Virus record (IMG/VR): IMGVR_UViG_3300008110_000249
Length of the DNA stretch: 20,000 nucleotides
From: an uncultured virus (IMG/VR IMGVR_UViG_3300008110_000249)
Taxonomy: Duplodnaviria; Heunggongvirae; Uroviricota; Caudoviricetes
Strand: one strand, 5' to 3'
Made by a program: the position numbers and the translations under genes. The notes below the pieces were generated by a model. The model saw only the letters and a list, made by a program, of their open reading frames with translations, had not been told where the DNA came from and made no database searches. This document shows positions 7,620 through 15,114 of the stretch, piece after piece. The stretch's first letter is position 1. Each line of letters opens with the position of its first letter.

Positions 7620-9010
7620 AACAAGTTAAATTAGAAATAAAAGATGAAGTTAATTGCAAAATCGTAGGACTAGAATTAGGTGATCGTAAAACATTGGTTA
7701 AAATGTTCGAATACGAGATGCCCGGCGCTAGGTATCTCCCTTCAGTAAGGCTAGGCAGATGGAATGGTAAAGTAAGTTACTTTAGTTTAGGTGGCAGTAC
7801 TTTTATAAATTTACTTCCTGAAATTTTACCATTACTAGATCAAGCTGGATATGATATAGAACTAGACGATCTACGTGAATACACTACCAATTTCACTTTT
7901 TCTCAAGTGTCCGAGGATCTATTTTCAAATCAAGTCATTAATCGATTCTTGGAAAATCCTCAGTGTATTCAGGAGGTAGCAACTGGCGCGGGGAAAACTA
8001 TAACTACTGCCGCGTTAAGTTATAGTGTTCAAGATTATGGACGTAGCATTGTCATAGTTCCTAATAAAAGTTTAGTTACACAGACCGAAGAAGATTATAA
8101 GAATGTGGGATTAGATGTTGGAGTTTACTTTGGTGACCGTAAGGAGATAGGAAAAAAACATACAATTTGTACTTGGCAAAGTTTAAATAACATGCTTAAA
8201 AAGACAAAGGCAGGAGAAGCAGAAGTACCTATCGGTGAGTTTATTGAAGATGTTGTTTGTATCATCGTTGATGAGGTTCATCAAGCAAAAGCGGATGCAT
8301 TAAAAACATTAATGACAAGTGTATTCAGTCATGTTCCAATTCGTTGGGGGTTGACCGGAACTATACCCAAAGCAAAATTTGAAAGCCAAGCATTATTTGT
8401 TAGTATAGGTCCTGTTGTGGGAAAGTTAAGTGCAAGTGAATTACAAGATAAAGGTGTGTTAGCACAGTGTCATGTGAATATTGTACAGTTACAGGATCAT
8501 TTAGAGTTCACTAACTATCAAAGTGAACTGAAACATTTATTAGAAAATGATAAACGACTTGATACTATCGCGGATTTGATTTTAAAAATAAAAGATAGTG
8601 GTAACACGTTGATTCTTGTTGATAGAGTAAATGCAGGAAAGGCATTAATTGATAGATTGCCTGATTCTGTATTCGTAAGTGGTGAAACAAAATTAACAGA
8701 AAGAAAAGAAGAATATGATGAGGTTGCAACTTCAAGTAAAAAGATTATTGTGGCGACTTATGGTGTGGCCGCTGTGGGTATTAATATCCCTCGTATTTTT
8801 AATTTGGTTCTTTTGGAACCCGGAAAAAGCTTTGTTAGAGTTATACAAAGTATTGGACGAGGTATTAGAAAGGCTGAAGATAAAGATGAAGTAGTCATAT
8901 GGGATATTACTTCAAATTGTAAATTTGCCAAACGTCATTTAACACAACGAAAAACATATTACAAAGAGGCTAAATATCCTTTTTCTATAGAAAAACTTGA
9001 CTATAAATGA
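7616..9010 (+). CDS. uvsW: SF2 DNA helicase, T4 UvsW-like
   Basis: Walker A ATGAGKT, Ia IVIVPNKSLVTQ, II VDEVH, III GLTGT, V VGINIP, VI QSIGRGIRK; N-terminal GRWNGK as in UvsW. Q-motif segment appears absent (see findings). Confidence 0.88.
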   Translation: MKQVKLEIKDEVNCKIVGLELGDRKTLVKMFEYEMPGARYLPSVRLGRWNGKVSYFSLGGSTFINLLPEILPLLDQAGYDIELDDLREYTTNFTFSQVSEDLFSNQVINRFLENPQCIQEVATGAGKTITTAALSYSVQDYGRSIVIVPNKSLVTQTEEDYKNVGLDVGVYFGDRKEIGKKHTICTWQSLNNMLKKTKAGEAEVPIGEFIEDVVCIIVDEVHQAKADALKTLMTSVFSHVPIRWGLTGTIPKAKFESQALFVSIGPVVGKLSASELQDKGVLAQCHVNIVQLQDHLEFTNYQSELKHLLENDKRLDTIADLILKIKDSGNTLILVDRVNAGKALIDRLPDSVFVSGETKLTERKEEYDEVATSSKKIIVATYGVAAVGINIPRIFNLVLLEPGKSFVRVIQSIGRGIRKAEDKDEVVIWDITSNCKFAKRHLTQRKTYYKEAKYPFSIEKLDYK

Positions 9011-9020
9011 GCCTAAAAAA

Positions 9021-9049
9021 TTGCAATGTATAAAGAAAAGTGATATAGT
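9021..9049 (+). promoter_or_regulatory. Sigma70-like promoter with extended -10, predicted leaderless transcript
   Basis: TTGCAA 9021-9026, 17 nt, TG-a-TATAGT 9041-9049; ATG at 9056 with no SD. Confidence 0.65.
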
Positions 9050-9055
9050 TTAACT

Positions 9056-9556
9056 ATGAATATATTATTACTAGATGATGTAAAGTACAATTTAGAAAAT
9101 CTTCCTGAAGAAGTAGAAGATTTCAGATTTGCTATTTTGGATAACAGCAATCCACATAATGTAGATTATCATTATATACCTTTAATTTTCTTAGAAAGTT
9201 TTAGTTCGCCGGCATTAGTATTACGTATTGGTGATGCTACTGTTAAAATGCCAATCGATTGGCAAATACTTATCGGAGAAAAAGAACACGGTGATTTAGA
9301 AACATTACCGTTGACCAGTATTAATGATCGAGGTTTTAATGCATTTGTGTTTAATCCATTGTCGGGATTTAGACCAGACTTTTTGCCAATTGAAATTATT
9401 GACATTTATCATGATGTAACCTGGTACGCTCCTAGATTAAAAAATGGTCAATTTTTATGTGTTCCTATAGATGACGGTAATAAACCTAGATGCATTTATT
9501 TTGTAAAAGAAATAAGTAGAAATTGTGAAATAGTAGACTACAAACAAACATTTTAA
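9056..9556 (+). CDS. Hypothetical beta-rich protein (possible degenerate HINT-like fold)
   Basis: 166-aa ORF with own promoter; the fold suggestion is by pattern only. Confidence 0.75.
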   Translation: MNILLLDDVKYNLENLPEEVEDFRFAILDNSNPHNVDYHYIPLIFLESFSSPALVLRIGDATVKMPIDWQILIGEKEHGDLETLPLTSINDRGFNAFVFNPLSGFRPDFLPIEIIDIYHDVTWYAPRLKNGQFLCVPIDDGNKPRCIYFVKEISRNCEIVDYKQTF

Positions 9557-9558
9557 TT

Positions 9559-10152
9559 ATGGCTTCTAAGAAAAATGTCCCCAAAGAAGAGAAAATAGAA
9601 AAACAGGATATTGACTTATTCGAGGTTCTTGCTGCACTAGATAAAAAGGACTATTCATATTATGATGCATTATCTGACGAACAGAAAAAGAAAATAGTAC
9701 CTTTCATGTTGACTCACTGGGCTAGCGCAATTAAAGGTAGTGAAAATATATCTAAATATTATGTCATGAGTACAAACACTTATGCCAACACATACCTTTT
9801 TTCAGAGTTTGTTCAACGTCATCCAAAATTGCAATGGATGATGCTGTGTTGTATTAGTCCTGGCCTAGGTAAACAATTTCACCAATGGATACCACATATA
9901 CGAGATAAGGTATCTAAATACAAAGAAACTGCTACTCAAAAAGAAATCAAAGAATTTTATTCAAAAATATATCCTAAAGCAGATACTGATAGCATCAACG
10001 AAATATCTAAAGAATTTGTAAAAGAACAAAAGAGAAAGGTTCAATTGGGTCAACTATATCCTTATATGAAAATTTCGGATATTGAAACACTAAATCAATT
10101 AATAACAGATACTGATATTGAACAATATGAAAGAGACCGAGGAAATCTCTAA
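9559..10152 (+). CDS. Putative sliding-clamp loader small subunit (T4 gp62-like)
   Basis: LF-x-x-L-x-A...K-x-D, PFML, AN-x-Y, HPKLQW, KQFHQWI resemble the gp62 pattern (PF...AN...KLQY...F-x-KW); replication-gene context. Confidence 0.5.
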   Translation: MASKKNVPKEEKIEKQDIDLFEVLAALDKKDYSYYDALSDEQKKKIVPFMLTHWASAIKGSENISKYYVMSTNTYANTYLFSEFVQRHPKLQWMMLCCISPGLGKQFHQWIPHIRDKVSKYKETATQKEIKEFYSKIYPKADTDSINEISKEFVKEQKRKVQLGQLYPYMKISDIETLNQLITDTDIEQYERDRGNL

Positions 10153-10828
10153 ACCTAAATATGGTTGTGAATTTTGTGGCAGAACATTTATAAAGAAATC
10201 CACAGTTCTCAACCATATATGCGAATATAAACATCGTTGGCTAGACAAAGATAGAGCCGGGAATAGAATAGGGTTTCAGTGTTGGGTTCAATTTTATAAA
10301 AAAAATACGGCAACCAAGAAACAAAAAACGTATGAAGATTTTATAAAAAGTGCATATTATATAGCATTTGTAAAGTTTGGCAGTTATTGTATAGAAATTA
10401 ATGCATTAAACATAAGTAGATTTGTAGACTGGTTAGTCAAAAATCAAATAAAATTAGACAATTGGTGTAGCGATAATACTTACACTAAATATCTGATTGA
10501 ATATCTTAAAGATGAAAATGCATTGGATGCATTATACAGAAGTATAGAAACCACAATAGAATTGTCAAAAATAGAAGGTATACAAAGCAAAGATTATCTT
10601 AGGTATGGTAATAAAAATAAAATATGCCACGCTATTACTTCAGGCAAAATAAGCCCATGGTTACTATATCAATCTAGTAGTGGTATAGAATTTATTGATA
10701 GTTTAGATAATACTCAGGTAAAAATGATTTTAGATTACATAAATCCTGAAAAATGGGCATTAAAATTTTTACGATATATTGATGAGGTTAATCAAGTTAA
10801 AGAAATATTAAATGAGTCAGGTTATTAA
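10127..10828 (+). CDS. Zinc-finger (C2H2/C2HC-type) domain protein
   Basis: C-x2-C-x3-F-x8-H (CEFCGRTFIKKSTVLNHICEYKH) near the N-terminus; start 10127 (ATG) or 10118 (TTG). Confidence 0.75.
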   Translation: MKETEEISKPKYGCEFCGRTFIKKSTVLNHICEYKHRWLDKDRAGNRIGFQCWVQFYKKNTATKKQKTYEDFIKSAYYIAFVKFGSYCIEINALNISRFVDWLVKNQIKLDNWCSDNTYTKYLIEYLKDENALDALYRSIETTIELSKIEGIQSKDYLRYGNKNKICHAITSGKISPWLLYQSSSGIEFIDSLDNTQVKMILDYINPEKWALKFLRYIDEVNQVKEILNESGY

Positions 10829-10836
10829 TAAAAACC

Positions 10837-11052
10837 ATGATAGGTACCAAAATAATAGTAAGCATATTTGACAAAACTGACTTAGTTAAATTTATACAAC
10901 TATTGGTTAGTAACAATTTATGGTACGGAATCGATTATACAATTTCATACGAACTTAATCATCATACATCAAGTGATATGGATTTTACTAGATCAGTAAT
11001 ATTTTATTTTAAGAAAAGTAAAAATGGTATATGGTTTTCCCTACTAGTTTAA
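10837..11052 (+). CDS. Small protein, FxL[RK]W-terminus family (divergent)
   Basis: 71 aa ending FKKSKNGIWFSLLV. Confidence 0.65.
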   Translation: MIGTKIIVSIFDKTDLVKFIQLLVSNNLWYGIDYTISYELNHHTSSDMDFTRSVIFYFKKSKNGIWFSLLV

Positions 11053-11273
11053 ACTTTTATGATTACAGAAAAGGGTATTATGATACTAATCCTGGGTGGT
11101 ACGAACATACAATACATACTAATATAAAAGACAATCATATTGAGGCACTAAATTGGTTATATGAAAATATAAACAATCCTGAAAAACATTGTAGGTGGTG
11201 TAGTTTTAACGATAGGTTTTGTGTAAAATTTAGATATGAAAAAAATTATGTTTGGTTTAGTTTGAGATTTTAA
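11031..11273 (+). CDS. Small protein, FxL[RK]W-terminus family
   Basis: 80 aa; LNWLYENI core; ends FRYEKNYVWFSLRF. Confidence 0.75.
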   Translation: MVFPTSLNFYDYRKGYYDTNPGWYEHTIHTNIKDNHIEALNWLYENINNPEKHCRWCSFNDRFCVKFRYEKNYVWFSLRF

Positions 11274-11276
11274 GAA

Positions 11277-11615
11277 ATGTCAAAAATTTTTAATATTAGC
11301 CAAAATAATTCATTTTATATATTGACATGGTCTGATAACCTACTCAGTTTCACTTCCAGTTTTGATTTAATTGAACTTTCTTTTAACTTAACAAATTCAC
11401 ATGAAATCGGTTTGAAAATTAAATTAAACACTAATGAATATGACATACTATGGATAAAAGATTTAGTATATTTTGATAATAATTTCAAAGAATATTCTAG
11501 ATATTTACACTCTATGTATAAAATATATGGAGTTGCATTTATGAATCAAGACCAAGCAATAAAAATTCAAAAAGAAATTAGTAAAAAGTACGCATGGGAA
11601 ATACTTAAAAAATAA
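11277..11615 (+). CDS. Hypothetical protein
   Basis: 112-aa ORF tightly packed between neighbours (3-nt gaps). Confidence 0.65.
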   Translation: MSKIFNISQNNSFYILTWSDNLLSFTSSFDLIELSFNLTNSHEIGLKIKLNTNEYDILWIKDLVYFDNNFKEYSRYLHSMYKIYGVAFMNQDQAIKIQKEISKKYAWEILKK

Positions 11616-11618
11616 ATT

Positions 11619-12320
11619 ATGATAACAAATACAAATGAGTTAATACAAGGTGTAGGATATACAATATATGAAAATCTAATTCCTATAGATTTAATAGATT
11701 CTATTACTAGTAAACTCAATACATTATATCCAGTGCGTGCATCTAGTTCTAATAAACAGTATGCAGAAAATAATGATATTAAAAATTTGCCTGATATCAG
11801 TGTTTGGTGGAGCCAATCAGTAATGGATTGGCCTGAGATTATTTTAATCAACAATATTATAAAACAAAAAGTAGATGCTTTGTTAAACAATTCATCTTGG
11901 TATTCAAGCGATATAGTAACTATATCTGCAAATAGTAAATGGGTAAATCCACATGTAGATACTCCGCATAGATTCAAAAAATTCAATTACGATAAACGAT
12001 TTTTGGGAATACAGGCAATATGTTCTTTATACGATTTAGACCATTCCAATGGCTCTACTGGTATAGTACCGAACAGTCAACACAAAGATTTTAATATAAA
12101 TCTATGCTATCAAGGGATGTACAATTCATGGTTTTTGAAAAATTGTATACAACCTACACTCCCTAAAGGAACTATTTTATTGTATAACTCTAGATTATTG
12201 CATAGTAGTATGCCGAATCCAACCAATTTGGATCGCCCAGCACTATTGTTTAATTATCTTGAAAATAGTATAATAAATGAAATTCGTTCTGATGATAATA
12301 TTTGGAAATCAAATAATTAA
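11619..12320 (+). CDS. 2OG-Fe(II) dioxygenase, phytanoyl-CoA dioxygenase (PhyH)-like
   Basis: H-x-D (PHVDTP), NGSTGIVPNSQ, distal His and Arg in KGTILLYNSRLLHSSMPN...DRPALL. Confidence 0.85.
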   Translation: MITNTNELIQGVGYTIYENLIPIDLIDSITSKLNTLYPVRASSSNKQYAENNDIKNLPDISVWWSQSVMDWPEIILINNIIKQKVDALLNNSSWYSSDIVTISANSKWVNPHVDTPHRFKKFNYDKRFLGIQAICSLYDLDHSNGSTGIVPNSQHKDFNINLCYQGMYNSWFLKNCIQPTLPKGTILLYNSRLLHSSMPNPTNLDRPALLFNYLENSIINEIRSDDNIWKSNN

Positions 12321-12335
12321 CTACTCTAACTTTAT

Positions 12336-12551
12336 ATGAAAGTTTTATCCAAACTCCCGTATTTAGAAAATATTAGTAAGGAATACAACACGCAATTTTC
12401 CAGGCAGGAACCTAATAAATGGTTTAGTGATCATTATAGACAATGGTTAATGCAATTTGGTTTTAAAGTTCCTGCCAAAGGTAATTATTTGGAATTCTTA
12501 CATGAATACACTGAGCATGATCTACTATTGTTTACACTAAAATGGTCTTAG
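12336..12551 (+). CDS. Small protein, FxL[RK]W-terminus family
   Basis: 71 aa ending EHDLLLFTLKWS. Confidence 0.7.
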   Translation: MKVLSKLPYLENISKEYNTQFSRQEPNKWFSDHYRQWLMQFGFKVPAKGNYLEFLHEYTEHDLLLFTLKWS

Positions 12552-12781
12552 TAAAACACTTAGAACATTTTCCATATGTCATAGCACTAGAAAGAGAAAT
12601 ATCTTATGATGCTCGGCTGTGGTGTGAAAATCAATTTGGTCCCATGTGGAACCAAATAAAGAATCAGAATGGAATTTGGTATTTTTCATTTGGCGGCCCT
12701 AAAACAGGTAACTATTATGCATTTGAATGGTTTTTTCTTAATGAACAGCATATCATGCTATTCTCTTTAAGATGGTCCTAA
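12542..12781 (+). CDS. Small protein, FxL[RK]W-terminus family
   Basis: 79 aa; RLWCENQFG core; ends FLNEQHIMLFSLRWS. Confidence 0.75.
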   Translation: MVLVKHLEHFPYVIALEREISYDARLWCENQFGPMWNQIKNQNGIWYFSFGGPKTGNYYAFEWFFLNEQHIMLFSLRWS

Positions 12782-13005
12782 TGAAAATTCATCTTTATAT
12801 AGAACAAGGAATAGTTGATCGTGGTTGGAATATTATTTTTTTTAGAGATATATCACATGAGAAGGCTGAAGAAATAATTAATTGGTGTTATATTACGTAT
12901 GGTTATCCAAAAATTAATTCTGAGTGGGAAAATTGCATGGGTCACAATGAAATAAGATTTGCAAATATCAAAGATGTAACAACTTTCCTACTAAGATGGA
13001 ATTAG
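12781..13005 (+). CDS. Small protein, FxL[RK]W-terminus family
   Basis: TAATG overlap at 12779-12783 (alternative start 12772); INWCYITYG core; ends FANIKDVTTFLLRWN. Confidence 0.75.
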   Translation: MKIHLYIEQGIVDRGWNIIFFRDISHEKAEEIINWCYITYGYPKINSEWENCMGHNEIRFANIKDVTTFLLRWN

Positions 13006-13034
13006 TTACACATCAAATGTCTAAGGAGTAAGAG

Positions 13035-13601
13035 ATGAGTACGGATATTATGATCGATCTAGAAACATTAGATACTAGTCCCGATTGTGTCATTTTGACG
13101 ATAGGAGCAGTATCCTTTAATCCAAAAGGTATGGGAGTAATAGAAAGATTAGAACTTAGACCAACAGTAGAGGATCAGACAGAAATTTATTCTAGAGTAA
13201 TAAATGATAGCACACTAAAATGGTGGGCTACTCAAAGTCCTGACGCACTTGAAGAAGCATTAGGTGATCAAGGTAGAACATCTTTTAAGTCTTGTATGGA
13301 AACTCTTTATAAATTTTGTTGGAATAGGCGTGCAGTTTGGAGTAACGGTGCAAGTTTCGATATAGTAGCATGTGAACATGCGTTCAGGCAAACATTAACT
13401 GAATATCCTAATCCTATTCCATGGCCGTTTTACACCGTAAGAGATACTAGGACTATATATGAAGTGACCGGAGTAAGTCTTAAAGATAAAAAATATGGTA
13501 GCAAAACTACACATAAAGCAATTGAAGATGCGGAACATCAGGCTATTGTTGTACAGGATGCATATAAAAAATTGATAAAAGTTGAGTTAGTCAAAACATG
13601 A
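13035..13601 (+). CDS. DEDDh 3'-5' exonuclease (RNase AS/Rv2179c-like, DnaQ superfamily)
   Basis: ExoI IMIDLETL, ExoII WSNGASFD, ExoIII HKAIEDA; SD AAGGAG at 13023-13028. Confidence 0.88.
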   Translation: MSTDIMIDLETLDTSPDCVILTIGAVSFNPKGMGVIERLELRPTVEDQTEIYSRVINDSTLKWWATQSPDALEEALGDQGRTSFKSCMETLYKFCWNRRAVWSNGASFDIVACEHAFRQTLTEYPNPIPWPFYTVRDTRTIYEVTGVSLKDKKYGSKTTHKAIEDAEHQAIVVQDAYKKLIKVELVKT

Positions 13602-14176
13602 AATTTAACAGTGACATTGACATAGATTTCGGTGCTAGAGAAAAAGTATTGTCATTAATTGAACACATACCTGCAAGTATGCGGAAGGTTGTTCCTATAA
13701 GAAAGCATGCTACTGGTATTCATGTAACTGAAATTCCATATGATCCTATCAATGACATGGCATCAATTGACTACTCTGATGCTGAAAAACGTGGATATCT
13801 TAAATTAGATTTTTTGAATGTTCACGTTTATAATCATATTCGTGACGAATTGCATTTAATAGAATTAATGAGAGAACCTAATTGGGAAAATCTAAAAAAT
13901 AAAGATTTTGTAGAAAAACTTATACATCTGAGCAATCATTATTCTACTATGTGTAAGATGCCTGAACCTATAGATTCTATACCTAGGCTATCTATGTTTT
14001 TAGCAATTATTAGACCTAGTAAAAAACATTTGATAGGTAAAACATGGAAAGAAATTTCTAAAACAGTATGGAATAAAGAAAGCGATGGATATGCATTCAA
14101 AAAAAGTCATAGCCTGGCCTACTCGCACCTTGTAGTTGTGCATATGAATTTATTAGAGTCTAATTTTGATACTTAA
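13598..14176 (+). CDS. Miniature DnaE-like (C-family DNA polymerase III alpha) palm/fingers protein
   Basis: SDIDIDF, RKHATG, GYLKLDFLN, AIIRP and GYAFKKSHSLAY match DnaE PDxDxDF, KHAxG, GLxKxDFLG, ALxRP and YGFNKSHAxAY in order, within only 192 aa. Confidence 0.8.
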   Translation: MKFNSDIDIDFGAREKVLSLIEHIPASMRKVVPIRKHATGIHVTEIPYDPINDMASIDYSDAEKRGYLKLDFLNVHVYNHIRDELHLIELMREPNWENLKNKDFVEKLIHLSNHYSTMCKMPEPIDSIPRLSMFLAIIRPSKKHLIGKTWKEISKTVWNKESDGYAFKKSHSLAYSHLVVVHMNLLESNFDT

Positions 14177-14648
14177 GTTAGTTCCAGAAACAGATCCTAT
14201 ATTACATAAAACAATTCCGTCATGGTCATTTGATGGTACAAACCTACATCAAACAATATCTGATATGACCGAAACAATGCTACACTATAATGGGATAGGA
14301 ATAGCTGCACCTCAAGTAGGATTGTCTATAAGATTATTTGTAATTGGCACACCTGACAATATTATGGCATGTATTAATCCTGAAATCATAGAAGAATATA
14401 ATTTAGTGAAAAATACTGAAGGATGCCTGAGTTTCCCAAACTTATATTTACCTATTGTTAGACATAATGTCATTAGAGTTAGATATCAAGACGAATATGG
14501 AACCTTTTTTGAAAAAGAATTGTCAGGTATTATGGCAGTAGCGTTCCAACATGAATTAGATCATTTAAATGGTATTACATTTAATGATAAGGTTAGCAAC
14601 TTAGTACTAACACTGGGATTGAAGAAAAGAAAAAAGAAGTTAAGATAA
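14166..14648 (+). CDS. def: Peptide deformylase
   Basis: All three PDF motifs: GIGIAAPQVG, EGCLS, QHELDHLNG; TTG start overlapping the upstream gene. Confidence 0.95.
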   Translation: MILKLVPETDPILHKTIPSWSFDGTNLHQTISDMTETMLHYNGIGIAAPQVGLSIRLFVIGTPDNIMACINPEIIEEYNLVKNTEGCLSFPNLYLPIVRHNVIRVRYQDEYGTFFEKELSGIMAVAFQHELDHLNGITFNDKVSNLVLTLGLKKRKKKLR

Positions 14649-15020
14649 TCTTTTTATTAACGTAATACTACGTCTTTTTGATCTACGCTTATGTAATTCA
14701 TTCATACTAGTGACAGGACCATGCAAAATAATTAAACTTTTGTTTATGAATGTTCTTAGATAAGGCTTGAATGGTGTCCATTCTTCTTTTAAAAATAAAT
14801 TTATAGGTATAAGTCTATTACTTTCCCACCACCAAATATCACCCAATTCTAAGAATTTATTTTTTATATTAGATTCTACGATTGCTCCATAATCATATAT
14901 AGTGGTTACGTTTTCATCTCTATTTTGTATTATGCCTACATAGTCTTGGTTGGCATACGAACATACTGTTATGAATGGGTGTGTTTCGCTAAGTTTTTTA
15001 AAAAACTCTTGTTGTATCAT
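14640..15020 (-). CDS. Hypothetical protein (only credible minus-strand gene)
   Basis: 126-aa ORF filling a gap with no plus-strand ORF; WWWESNRLIPINLFL motif and basic C-terminus; late-like box upstream. Confidence 0.8.
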   Translation of the reverse strand: MIQQEFFKKLSETHPFITVCSYANQDYVGIIQNRDENVTTIYDYGAIVESNIKNKFLELGDIWWWESNRLIPINLFLKEEWTPFKPYLRTFINKSLIILHGPVTSMNELHKRRSKRRSITLIKRLS

Positions 15021-15043
15021 CGTAAAATAATCTCGGATCTAAT

Positions 15044-15095
15044 TATTTACTCTTTTTTACCCGAACTTAATATTTTAATATTATAGTACTAAATA
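15044..15095. promoter_or_regulatory. Divergent T4-late-like TAAATA promoter boxes
   Basis: Minus strand GTAAATA (plus TATTTAC 15044-15050) before the 15020 start; plus strand ACTAAATA 15088-15095 followed by SD GAGGA and GTG 15115. The T4 late consensus is TATAAATA. Confidence 0.5.
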
Positions 15096-15114
15096 CAAGA
15101 AAGAGGATTATTCT

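Noticed and set aside
10837..13005. Run of short ORFs as a sign of stop-codon reassignment or a fragmented gene
   Set aside because: The ORFs are in different frames, end mostly in TAA, and each stops right after the same C-terminal motif; long genes elsewhere are intact in code 11.
13598..14176. Mini-DnaE as a pseudogene or split-intein DnaE half
   Set aside because: No frameshifted remnants in the flanks (both neighbours are intact genes), motifs are intact across internal deletions, and no intein N- or C-terminal motifs are present.
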